A stretch of DNA of 63,948 nucleotides, filler included, from Phoronis australis (taxonomy: Eukaryota; Animalia; Phoronida), in the NCBI GenBank assembly GCA_002633005.1. It is 11 parts of 11 records of this genome, joined end to end, with 100 filler letters (N's around TTAATTAATTAA, not from the genome) between each part and the next. Parts side by side here need not be neighbours in the genome. Positions count along the whole stretch, not along the records: positions 1 to 13,969 come from NMRA01001074.1; positions 14,070 to 26,460 come from NMRA01001642.1; 9 more parts are not named here. One strand, given 5' to 3'. How positions within the stretch are numbered: position 1 is the first letter of the stretch; every line of letters begins with the position of its first letter. Made by a program: the position numbers and the translations under genes. Shown one piece after another: positions 11,830 through 23,289 of this stretch. The notes below the pieces were generated by a model, which saw only the letters and a program-made list of their open reading frames with translations, was not told the origin of the DNA and ran no database searches.

Positions 11830-13930
11830 TATTTCCCATTTACACTCTGACTTAGAAGGTTTCTTAATGTCGTTAAAGATAGAACAAATACGTCTACAAC
11901 TCTTCACATCTTCAAACTCCCGTGGAGGGGCGTCCCTCTTTAAGAACACTTTTGAGTACAAACTGCATAACATTAGGCAAGACTACAATGGTAGTAAACT
12001 AATTTTGAATATAACTATTAATGAGATAAGAATAAAGTTAATTAATACTTCTTGCCCAAATAGGGACTCGTCGTTGTTTTTTAAAAATAAAACAAGACAT
12101 TCAAGATACGATAAATTACACTGTTATTTGGGCAGACGATTTTAATCTTGCCCTCGATCAGTCTAAGGACACACTTAATTATCGACAGGTAAATAACCCA
12201 AAGTCACGGATAAGTTTATGGAGATTTGTACAGAATTGTCTATTGCTAATGTTTGGCGGGAACTAAACCCCAATAGTAAAGAATACACTTAAGGAGCTGG
12301 AAGTAAACGATCCAGACTAGATTTTTTTTCTAATTTCTGAAAACCTTTTAGCCGATATTTACGACTCTATAATAGAATTCGGTTTTCGGTCCGATCATTC
12401 AATGGTGAAGGTTTTTTAAAGTGTTGTTTTCAGGACGGAGGAGGAAATCATTTTGGAAGTTTAATAACTCTCTCTTAAAAACTCGGAGTATATTGCTGCG
12501 GTCAAGGATACTATAAAATTAGTTAAACAGCAGTATATGACTGACGAACATTCATACAGTCTATAGTATAAGTAATTCAGATTTACAATTGTCTATAAAT
12601 GATCAACTTTTTCTTGAAACGTTGTTGATGGAAATTCGCAACAAAACAATTTCCGTTCCTACTTACTTGAAGAGAAAGAGTGATAGAGCTGAACAGCAAC
12701 TTGTCGAAGAAATAAGCTTGTTGGAAAAAGTCTAAGCCTTGATAAGGGACTACTGGAACAAAAAAACAATCAACTTGCCGACCTCAGGCAGAACAAGTTA
12801 AGAGGTTTTATGACTAGGTCGAGAGTAACATGGATTGAAGAGGGTGAAAAAAACCTTCCAACTATTTTCTTCACTTGGAAAATAGGCATTACACACGTAA
12901 GTTAATGCCTTTTATGTGGAAATCTAACAATACTAAAACCAATAGTGAAGAAGAGGTTATTCAGGAAACCAAAACTTTTTACGAAACTCTAATATACATA
13001 GAAATTCTAACAATGCTGCTTTAGAAACTCTTTTTGATAAGGTATGTGTCTCCAAACTGCATGAGACAGAAAAAGAAAAATTAGGTCTTCTTACATATGA
13101 AGAAGTCACAAAATGCTTGAAAAAATGAAAAGCAACAAGAGCCCAGGCTCCGATTGTTTTTTTTGTGGAATTTCTAGAATTTTTTTGGGCTGACATTGAA
13201 CATTTCGTTGTTCGCTCACTTAATACTGGTTTTGCTGTTGGTCATTTATCAACAACACAGAAAGAGAGAGTGATTACCTGCATCCACAAGGGAGCAGCTA
13301 AAACTAAACTTTATTTGAAAAACTGGATGCTCATATCCTTACTCAGTGTGACATATAAATTGGCTTCTTCCACTGTGGCTGACCGGTTAAAATCCGTTTT
13401 GGGAAAACTAATCAGTAAGGACCAGACAGGTTTCCTTTCAGGAAGAAATATAAACGAAAATATGCGCGTGCTATATGATTTAATGTTTTATGCCCAGGCA
13501 GCTAAAAAAACAAGATTGCTTTTACTGATCCATTTTGAGAAAGCATTTGATTCATTGTGTAATTTTATTTAAAAAAATATCTTTCCTTTTGGCTGGTCAA
13601 TCAGCAGATTGGTAAAAGTCTTTTATAGTAATACTAAGTCGTGTGTTGTTGTAAATGGTCATCCATCTTCCTGGTTCAATATTTCCCGTGGCTGCAGACA
13701 AGGTGACCCTTTGTCTACCTGCATTTTCATATTGTGCGTGGAGATATTGGCGTATTTAATGAAGAATAATTAAAACGTTGCCGGTGTAGTTGCAAGAAAT
13801 CAGGAATATTTGATTTCGCAATATGCGTACGACAAGTCAATTATTTTGGATGGATTGAATTTGTAATTGACTAGCACAATGAATGCACTACATTTGTTTG
13901 CTGTTGTCTCCGGTCTCCAAGTGAATGTGG
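11830..13930 (+). pseudogene. Decayed L1/Tx1-clade LINE ORF2 (endonuclease + reverse transcriptase)
   Basis: Endonuclease remnants (SNSRGGASLF, DFN, SRLD, SDH); RT motifs KSPGSD, LKNWMLISLL.VTYKL, DQTGF.SGRNI, FEKAFDS, RGCRQGDPLS (~13685), SQYAYD (~13815). Many stops and frameshifts; truncated at the contig end. Confidence 0.9.
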
Positions 13931-13969
13931 GGGAGGGGGAGGGGGAGAGGGAGAGAGAGAGAGAGAGAG

Positions 13970-14069
13970 NNNNNNNNNNNNNNNNNNNNNNNNNNNNNNN
14001 NNNNNNNNNNNNNTTAATTAATTAANNNNNNNNNNNNNNNNNNNNNNNNNNNNNNNNNNNNNNNNNNNN
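13970..14069. other. Artificial 100-bp join spacer (44N-TTAATTAATTAA-44N); same spacer at 26461, 29668, 34264, 38062, 41918, 49766, 54331, 56512 and 62776
   Basis: Identical structure ten times; TTAATTAATTAA gives stop codons in all six frames; unrelated genes lie on either side. Confidence 0.97.
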
Positions 14070-14805
14070 ATCCCAGACCGCCCCGAGTTGCTCCAGCATC
14101 CATCTCGGGGCGGTCTCTCACGAGGGTTTAGCGTTATGATATAAATCATTCCGAAGAGCTTCAAGAGAGTTTCCCAACCACCAAATTTTAAATGAATCCT
14201 AAAAACTACCACTGAAATGTAGCCGTCTCAGGGCCACCTTTTGTTCGATATTCCTAAGTGTTGGGTTTAAGTCTTAAAACCAACAGGCATTAAGCTCTTA
14301 ACAAGGTAAATGACGAGTATGAGTTTCATGTCTATCTAAAGAAAAATGCAACATGTAGTGTGAAAACAAACAGACAAAAACAAATGCGCTCAACGGAATT
14401 ACACTTAGCGAAATCGAATGTAGAACTTAGAACTGAGGTCGATGACGAAAGCAAGAACACCAACCGGCTACCAAGACATGGCCGATGGTGCTGTCAGTGA
14501 CAACAACAACGACGACGCCGTCAGAAACTCAATGATAGGTATAACCCGAGTTCGATTTCAAGAACGGATATTAGATATTGGGACCAGATCTCGTAAAATA
14601 TAAATAGTGTAAACATATTTCCTTCTAGTGAAAGGTATATATAGCGTTGTAGGAATCATTGTTGTGGTTTTACGCGAAAGTGTAATATTCAGTATGTAAT
14701 TTTAATTACAGGGGCTTGAACCGTTGGCAAAAGAGAGCAGGATAGTTTAGATACATCTACGCATGTTTATCTGAGAACGATAACATATTTTCCCCCATTA
14801 CATAC

Positions 14806-14902
14806 CCAGCCAATATTCATGGTAAGCTGAACCGAATCCGTGTTTGTACTCATTCGAGGAGAGGAAAAAGTCTTGAGAGCCGTTTAATCGTCTTTGAAAC
14901 AC
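14806..14902 (-). CDS. Fibrinogen-related domain (FReD) protein exon VFQRRLNGSQDFFLSSNEYKHGFGSAYHEYWL(G)
   Basis: tttcag acceptor and gtatgt donor; phase matches the upstream exon; signature VFQRRxxGSxDF..YKxGFG..EYWLG. Confidence 0.92.
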
Positions 14903-15508
14903 CTGAAATTAATCACATTCCGTACTTTTAGCTCGTACAAGATTTTGAGAATTTTGTAGTTTTATTGATGGCATATTTCTCATACGAGTCATTTTGATGA
15001 TTTATCGCTTATTCCTTATGAAACTGGGATTGTGAAGGGATGGAGATTTAAAGGAGGGACCAAAGTAATTGGAGGGACGGACGACAATTGGGAAGAACGG
15101 ACTTGCTTTGCAACCTCAGATCGTGTTGACGAGAGCATAAAAAATGAATAACATCGGTTGAAGGCCATTTATTCTTTATGCCCTCACAGTATTTAGGATG
15201 GACGCTTGGTCGAAAAAGTAGAACATTAAAGTTTATGTAAAAACTTAATTCAGTTGCTAAAATGTATGGTACGACCCTCATTGAATTCCGTTGTTAAAGT
15301 ATTGCTACCAGCGTCTACTTTAGAAGTCGATATTGGCCTAAGGTTTTAAGGGAGTGCTAAAAATTAAACCAATATCACTACTTTCACAGCCTCGTCCTTT
15401 CCACTTAGGTCCGTCTTTCATATTGGACAATAAAGCCCAATTTCTCGACTGAAGTGGTCGAATTCCGCTGTTTCAAACTGGAATAATGTATTCGAAAATT
15501 GCACTAAC

Positions 15509-15627
15509 CGTCCATCCTCCTCCGTCCGTTTCCATGTCACAATAGACTGACACCACTCGGTCATCACTTCTGTAGATGTTGTACACAGCACTCGTTCGGC
15601 TGCCCAAGTCGTACCAACCCGCACAAT
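15509..15627 (-). CDS. FReD protein exon (D)CAGWYDLGSRTSAVYNIYRSDDRVVSVYCDMETDGGGWT
   Basis: ttcacag acceptor and gttagt donor; signature VYCDMxTDGGGWT. Confidence 0.92.
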
Positions 15628-16067
15628 CTGTGAATTACGGCATATACCTCACATACCACTGCGTACAATCTAGGAATTGCGGCATATTCTTCACAGTTTC
15701 TGTTGTGTGTGTGTTTTTGTGTGTCGGTGCGTGTGAGTGTGCGTGTGCGCGTGCGTGTGCGTATGTGTGTCCTATACGCGTGATGGTACGGCCACGAAAT
15801 ACAGGTCGTTTTGTGAGGTTTGATATGGAAGAACTACTTTTCCGTATTCAACGCGCGTTGAATATGAATTTTCCGTATTCAACGCGCATTGAATACGGAT
15901 GACTTCTTTCTCGCCAAAATTCCCTTCTGAGCACACAATACAGTACAATTGGTAGAAACATGATTGTATATATAGCATTACTATGGTTCAGCTCCGTGCG
16001 CAATATTTTCACATGCAAATACTATGAAATGCGTTTTCAAAAGTGAAATGAATAGTTCTTAACATAC

Positions 16068-16082
16068 CTTGAAATTTTGCAC
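16068..16082 (-). CDS. Candidate 15-nt microexon of the FReD gene ((G)AKFQ(D))
   Basis: tctgctcag|GTGCAAAATTTCAAG|gtatgt; phase 1-1, in frame with the next exon. Confidence 0.55.
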
Positions 16083-16485
16083 CTGAGCAGAATACTTAAA
16101 TCACAAAAAGTCTCGAACTTGCCACAATATATTTGGGATTAGGAAAGCAATACGCATTACCCAAAAGCCCAAAAGCAAAACTGCAACTGCTGTAAATGTT
16201 GTATTTTTGTCAGTTTTATGATAAATTTCGGAATACTTTCTACCTAAAAATAAAATGTCGTAAAGAATATATGAACAAATGTCTGGAAGACTCCACACAA
16301 ACACAGTGCTGTAGAGTTCCTAAAATTGTGTCTAAGTATGTCACTCTTCTTTTAAGGAACATTCGGATCTTGATCATTATTAGTTAATTTCATTTATATG
16401 CGCTAACTGCGAAGCGATACCGCAGCTAGTTTACAGTGAAATGAAACGTGTAGGTGAGATAAAGGTCATATATATTACGACGATC

Positions 16486-16871
16486 TAAACTACTACACAT
16501 ATCGGTAATTACAAAAGTTATATAATATGTTGAGCTGTAAAAGTGGGTGACAATCTGCCGCGGATGCATCCTTCTGCTGCAACTATGGGTCATCGTCCAT
16601 AATTCTCTCCAAATTTCAGTTTTCAGTCAATTTCTCTTTCCCTCTCTCCCTCCCTCAAACCCTTTTTCCTTTCTTAACTGCATTTACACTTAATTTTCCC
16701 ATGTCGCTGTCCTGGTGTTGCTGTTTTGCTTCCGCATATTGTTACTTAACTTTCAATTCAACACTTGACGTGTATACTGTACCTTCATTGCTGCTTGGCA
16801 GATTTTCACCACACCTTTAAAGCTCAACATACTATATAACTTTTGTAATTACCTATATCTGTAGTAGTTTA
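16486..16871. mobile_element. MITE-like element with ~74-bp inverted ends
   Basis: TAAACTACTACACATATCGGTAATTACAAAAGTTATA.. (16486-16559) is the reverse complement of 16797-16871 with few mismatches. Confidence 0.65.
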
Positions 16872-17963
16872 TTGAGCAAAAGTTGGGCTTTTTCGTTTTG
16901 ATATTGAATATTGAACCAGTATACATGAAAATATTGGGCCATGATTGGCTTAGTACGGGATTGTACCGTATACCATGTTAACGTAACTGTGCTGGTATTT
17001 GGCCAGTGACAAGACTGTTATCCTCATTTTTTAAGTTCCGTTAAGACAAGTTAATGGAAACAATGAAAACAAGTCTGGGATTTTTATCAAGGACTTTTAG
17101 CCTGGGAACTCGACTGACGAAAATCGACGACAGCATTCCAGTGCTCAAAAAGTCTCGTTTTTCATCGCCATTGGCGACAGCAAATGCGGAAATGGCGATA
17201 AAATATTCTTCCAGCGTGCCGCCAAATGGCGATAAAAATGTTCTGTAACAACAGATTTTCCCAACAGCGGTTCTGTTGACCGAAATCATTCGCTCGTAAT
17301 TACGACCGAGACTTCACTCCTGGTTTACGACCGAAATATTTTGCTCGAGAAAATAAGAGCGTAATTACGCGCGACACTTTCAACCGAGCGTCCCACGATA
17401 CTGTAGAACTGCGCGGGTGGAAGCTGCCAAGTTCTGAGTTGATATTAATGATATCAGGAAGAGATAACCAGGAAGGGAAAACTGTTTTAGTGCATTTTAA
17501 CGTGTTTTCAAAAGTGATTTCAAAAGTAAATGTTAAGGTCGTCTAGAATCCAAGCATTGTGTTTGAAAGCTCAATTCTGTAGCTATAAAATGATACCACT
17601 TTGGTCCCCAAAGACTGCATATTAATGGCACTAGGATGCTTTGAACATGACATGCTTTACCCTTCCAAAAGATGCCTCTTCCCAGGCATGTACTCGGGCA
17701 TGATCCTCTTTTTTGAACCAACAGATGTCACTAATATATGCAAATGAGGCTTGCATCTCCTACGTCATATAACGTCATACAACGTCATGTGACGCGAACT
17801 TCCAATATTTGAACCCTCAGGTGCCTACACAGCATAGTGAATGAGTTGAAACGCAGTTCTACCTGACTGGGCAGATTTAAGAAAATTAAGAAATCACACA
17901 GGTCAATGTTTAAAGAACATTGAATGGTTTCACATGAAAATACATTTAATTGTATATGGATAC

Positions 17964-18841
17964 CAGTGGCGGATCTAGGATATCACAAGGGGGGGGCCCA
18001 ACATTTTGTCCGGCTGTAAACATTTGCGCAAACTGAACCACGATTGTAGATGCGCATAGCACCGACTGGGGGGAGGTCGGGAGGGGGGTTTGCCCCACTC
18101 CCGCCCAGGAAATTTTTCTGTTTTGACCTCTAAAAATCAAGTATTTTCCTTGATTCCTGAAGTATTAACCAAGAAAAAATGGCAAAAAAAAAAAACACGG
18201 AGAACGTGTCAAACAGGACAAACTGCAAGTACCAAAGACTCGAACTCACAACCTTGCGCATAGAGTGCGCGTGCGTTACCACTACACCACCACGACTTAG
18301 CTACTAAACTCAAATTAAGAGACCTACTTGTTTATGGTCCACAGCGTTTGCGCGCGAAACCTACTTCTTTTTGTAATGCTTATTACACGTTTTGTGCCAT
18401 CAATTTTTAACAAATTTGTCGTATTTAAAATAGTCTTAAAATGCCCAAAAGACCAAATCCGTTTTTCGTGTTGGCAATAATGACCGGGGATTGCTTTGGA
18501 AATCGTCTTAACATAAGGTTTGACAAAGAGAGTATTGCGAGTTTCTGAGTGATTCACTAAGGCTACTATTAAAATTCCCATCTTACCAGCAGCTTCTGTT
18601 TTTTTATCGTCACTCAGGTTCCATTTTCTTTAAAAGATGAAGTAAATTTTCTTCATTGCACAGTGGAGCAGACGACGGAAACTGAGTCGTAGTGCGCAGC
18701 GCCNATCCGTATACTTTTAATTACCGGGGTTAATTAATAAACTCAACATTTCCCTACGCTCTTACTGTTTTATTTTTTTGCGGCAGCCAAGGGGGGGGGG
18801 GGCCCGGGCCCCCTGGGCCCCCCCCCCTAAATCCGCCTATG
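17964..18841. mobile_element. hAT-like MITE containing a tRNA-derived segment
   Basis: Termini CAGTGGCGGATCTAGG / CCTAAATCCGCCTATG; GATAC flanks both sides; tRNA-like sequence with A and B boxes on the minus strand at ~18229-18296. A single N at 18704 weakens continuity. Related fragments at ~6950-7050 and ~31720-31918. Confidence 0.6.
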
Positions 18842-19189
18842 GATACGCTTTCATGTGTGTAAGCGTGGACTTTGTCAAAATCCAGATTTAGAAGCAGGTG
18901 TTAGTCAAGAAACTAGCTGCTCCCGCCACGGTGGCCGGTGTCGTGGCGTCCGAGTCGCCGGGAAGTCTGATCCATGTATGCACAATTCAACGAACTTACG
19001 CTAGTCGCTGCCGGTCAGCTCCGCTATGATTCATTTGAGACGTGCGGCTTAACTCGAAACTATACTCGTGTTCTGCCTCCAAGGTCGCTTTGTCTTGACC
19101 CAGTTTCGGGAAAAGTTCATTTTAATACTCTCATTTCCTGAAGATTTTTTTGAAAGATATGATCCCGAAATCCTTGGCCTATAGAGCTG

Positions 19190-19850
19190 TATCAAAATTC
19201 CTTGTTGAAACACGGCCACTGGTCCAGCTTCTGCCGCCGGGCGGCTCGGGAAAATGCTATGGAACGCGTGTCTCAAAAATGCACACACGGCCCCTGCAGT
19301 TCAAGTTCTTTTCCCGTCAATCACTGTGTGCGGATTCTACGCGGGCAGCCTACTGCATGACTACACCTTATTTTTAACGTGGGTGGGTCACTGAGTCACG
19401 ACGTGTCCAGCTTTTGCAGTATGCACGGGAATGTCAAGCAAACGATTCGGTTTAGAAGAACCTAAATTCATTGCACTGGGAACTACAAAGCATCAAGGAA
19501 ATGCCAAGACAATCTTTCCAAATTGATGAGCAATGACTTGAACTTCTTTTTCGATCCGATCTACGGTTTGTAAATTTTTGAATTTCTTTAGTCTAGTTTT
19601 TAATTCAATACATTCATGAATATCACTGTTATCGTTTAGTGTCCTTCTTTGCGATATGGTGGTCTGATGATGGATCGAATTTTTGCCGTCAGCCTTCAGC
19701 CTTCAACTAAGTTCAGTTACGCATCGCCATTTCTTACAAGACAGCTTCTGTGCTGTGCACGAATGTTTTGTGTTTTTGATGAATTTGGAATCTCAACTTC
19801 CCTTCGTGAGTAGTTGGCAGTGTCATGTCGGAGGTGTATAGAGGGCACAG
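19190..19850 (+). mobile_element. Dispersed repeat with a Tc1/mariner-type transposase N-terminal remnant
   Basis: Homologous to ~46170-46760 and ~47680-47750; encodes MSSKRFGLEEPKFI.., matching the longer copy SKRFSFEEQKFIAQYYWK..IKEVQRQ. Confidence 0.55.
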
Positions 19851-19935
19851 CACTGAAAAAAGTGGGGGCTAAAGCCCCCTCAGCCCCCCTGTAGTGCACC
19901 GCCTATGGACCACTGAAAAACTTGGACTGAATTAA

Positions 19936-21801
19936 GGGAGAATGCCACCCGATTTGATTAGTCTTTATTGCCGTCTTAATCGGTCTATCTCTACCTCGCC
20001 TCGCACACGGTCGACCTTGCCTTGCCAAGAGGTGTCGCGTTAACTTGTGAGGAAGGTGAGAAACGACGCTAGCGACGTCAGTGGTTCATCTGCAGAGTGA
20101 ATGCTGCTATGTTGCGGTGCATCCTTCCCGCTTGTGCGAACTATGTAGCTGCGAGGAAAGCGGGTATATCGTTTTTTCGACTTCCTCGAGAGTCCGAAAT
20201 GTTTAGGAAGTGGATCGCAGTAGTCAGGAAGAATGAAAAGTACGCTGTAAAGAGCAAGTATGAGGCCGTGGAACATCTCCTTGACTGTGGCCTGCAGTCG
20301 TCGACAGCCGCGTGAGTGCCTGACGAATGCCAACTTGCCAAATAACTATCCCTACGTTCCGTTGTCTGAGCCTGTTCACGGCGCCTCTTTAGTATTTCTT
20401 CATCACTGTATTCCTGTTCGAACTGATAGCCTGTGAAACGTAACGATTCACCTGCGAAGTCTTCGTCGGGACTGATGAGCTCTCGTCTAAGTCGCGGAGG
20501 CCTGCGAGTTGCCATGTTGACGTTTATTACTGAGCGTTCTGTTTCAAAATGAATTACTCTCACCCTAACAAATACTTATATAAAACTGAAACAAAGTCTG
20601 TCTCATTAGATGCAATTTTTAATGCCTTTGGAGTGTTCCTGAATGCAAATGATTTGAGAAGCCAGCAATGAATAAATCATGGCGTAATAAGGTGCAATAA
20701 AACTAATTTACGGGACACCGAGGCCGTGTGAGCTCATGCTAATTTAGTGTTTGATGGTAGAAACTGTTGTGAAACAACTCCATTTCCATCTCACGGCCAG
20801 GTGTTAGGGGAATCTTTATTTATATTTACATTATACAAATAATGATTGTCAAAGTACAAAGTGGCGAAGTGGGCAAAAAGGTCCGCCTCTGGGTGACAAA
20901 AAATCCGAGAATATGAGACTAAAGTCCTCTAAATAAGCACTTTCGCGCAATTCACAGTGGTGCCCCGTTTTTTTTAGCTCACCCGCTTTTTTGTTACCAA
21001 AAGGTCCACAACGTCAGAAATTCGAGCCCCCCCCCATATTGAAGGCTGGGTGCGCGCATGCTGACGGTGTTGTGGACAAAGCGGAACCTGAATTCGCGGC
21101 CCCGACGAGTAAGTAGATTTGCAGTTTCGTGGCTAATTCACCAACATAATCACGTGCACATTACTTTTTGCTCACTAGTATAGCATTTTCCTGATTAGAA
21201 GTTTAATTTCCAACTTTGGCTGGTTTATGTTCGTGATGTATGATCAGTTTCCGAGCCACTGGTCGGGATAACGAGTCAATCCGGCCGGCCGCGACGGGCC
21301 TGATCGGGCTCCGAGCCACTGGCCAGGTTAACGAGCGTTTTGCGTGTTTAGAACTCAAAAAATCACAATTCTAAACAACACAGACTAGGTTCTCCTGTCT
21401 GTATCTCACCGAAAAATACTTCAAATTTATCTCCGAACAGACCCCAAACTCCTGCTACGGACCTTATTGGCCTGCCGAGCCGTTGCAGGCTACGGCCGTG
21501 TCCAAATACCAATAAATCCGTAACAGCGAAATAAAACAACACGTTTTTATAAGAACTTGGTGTATTTTTAAGGGCTTTACATCGAAGTTTGATGATTTAT
21601 TGGTGTAAAACGATGAATTCAAGCGATAAGCTGACACCAGTAATCCGTGTTGTGAACTGCTGAACAGACTGCGTGTGAAACCAATTACGTCATTGGATAA
21701 TTTCAACACATAAGGTAACGCAACCGTACGTGCCGTTATGGAGTGGAACTACTCGATCTAAATTGATACAAATTAGGTTGTTTTTTGGGTGGCATGCTCC
21801 T
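19936..21801 (+). mobile_element. Internally deleted Kolobok transposon (family B)
   Basis: TTAA|GGGAGAATGCCACCC ... GGGTGGCATGCTCCT|TTAA (15-bp TIR). THAP N-terminus on + from 20109 (MLRCILPACAN..GISFFRLP..FRKW) converges on a KolX-like N-terminus on - from 20515 (..GYQFEQEYSDEE..). Confidence 0.8.
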
Positions 21802-22609
21802 TTAATACGCTCCGCAAAATTTTTGCTTTACAAAATTTCTCGAATTTTCGAAATACATGCATGAATGATTAAGTGCACATTTTCAAGAGCGCTTAGACGA
21901 CCTATGCTGCAAAAACGGAGACCCTAACAACAATTGTCTTGGCCAGGGCCCTCAAATGGTAAACCTTACACTGATACCGAGTTGTCAAAGTTATCTTGAG
22001 TTTTCTCTCTGATCAGTATTCGCAGTCTTTCTTTTTTGTGTTTCCCCAGCCGCACACCTTTGTCGGTTGCCATGGTTTAACCCTGAGGCATGCAATTTTT
22101 ATGGGGTGGCACTCGCCCTCCCCCGGCTTACTAAGGTCCTGATGCAAGGTCAATGTTGTGTTTCAACACGCACTCGCTGTATAGCTTGAGCATTAAATTA
22201 AAGTCCTTGTTGCAAACTGCCCATGTGGTTCTAGTATCCGAAAATACTTACTACATAAAATCTTATTTTCGACNAACCAGAGCAGTTTTAAACAACCATA
22301 CGGATGCAATTCTGAAAAAGTCTTAAAGTTTCAGATATTACATGAATTTGTCAATTCATTCTAAACACTTAAAATTATCGATCTTGGGCAATTACATAAT
22401 ATTCATCTGAAACACAGAGTTAACAGATTTGAAGTCAATCTCTTTCTGATAATAATCCAGGTGCCCAAATTTCGAGAACCAGCTTCTCTACTGAATAACG
22501 GGCATCTATTGGTGCTCAAAATATTGGGCGAATGCTCTCTCTGCCCCCCCTCCCTCCCTCTCCCGCAATGGGCAGTCTAACAAGTGACGAGATTTTGCAC
22601 CAGACTCAC

Positions 22610-22812
22610 CAGGAACCCTCTCTCCTCAATGTTCACCTCCATGAGGCACCTCAGCTTGAGGTGAATAAGACCCTGCAGGGGTGACAGGAAGGGCACCTTG
22701 TCCAGATTGAATGTAGTCTTGTTGAGCGAACGCATGCTCAGGGCTACTGATGTGATCTGAGTGAAGTTGGTTGTGCGCACAGCCATCGCTCCTCCAGGGC
22801 TCTGTTGGTAGG
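22610..22812 (-). CDS. ANLN: Anillin exon (end of anillin-homology domain, start of PH domain)
   Basis: (A)YQQSPGGAMAVRTTNF..LSMRSLNKTTFNLDKVPFLSPLQGLIHLKLRCLMEVNIEERGFL matches vertebrate anillin SPGG..AVRTSNF..LDKVPFLSSLEGHIYLK..VEERGFL; catttcag acceptor, gtgagt donor. Confidence 0.92.
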
Positions 22813-23201
22813 CTGAAATGGAAGTGGGAAGGTTGGCAGGTTGCAGAGATGACCAGCTCTAAGTAACAAATTCTTGATAAAAATATTGAAACTAACCAGA
22901 AAAAACGCGTGATAGATTCCAAGTTAGGAAAAAACTTAGAAATTATTTCTGACTAAGTTGAATGTCATTGTTGGAATACCTTTCCGTGAAATTGAGTGTA
23001 AAATTTTTCAGGACAACACAGCATCCTTTATTTGCTTATTCTTCCTTGACCGACCTGATAATGAAGTACAAGTGATGCTGTGTGGAAGAACTGGCAAACT
23101 GAGCACACTAGTTGCCATGCCATGCCACGCGCGGCGTATAAAATGACTTGCCTAGGCGTTCACCACACAGCGTGGCGTTCACAATACAGTAATTACACTA
23201 C

Positions 23202-23289
23202 CTGACATCTTAGAGCCTTTGAGAAGTTTCTTGGGTGTGAACTTTTTGTCTTTCTTCTTTGTGCCCTCAGCAGGTTCTTTTGTGATTGA
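23202..23289 (-). CDS. ANLN: Anillin upstream exon SITKEPAEGTKKKDKKFTPKKLLKGSKMS
   Basis: ttccag acceptor and gtagtg donor; its phase-1 end joins the 22812 exon; polybasic KKK..TPKxLL loop as in anillin. Confidence 0.82.

Noticed and set aside
14469-14538. Possible + strand first exon MADGAVSDNNNDDAVRNSMI
   Set aside because: Weak donor, the nearest acceptor gives an immediate stop, and no homology was recognised.
18229-18296. Functional tRNA gene
   Set aside because: The acceptor and T stems do not pair; treated as a tRNA-derived repeat.
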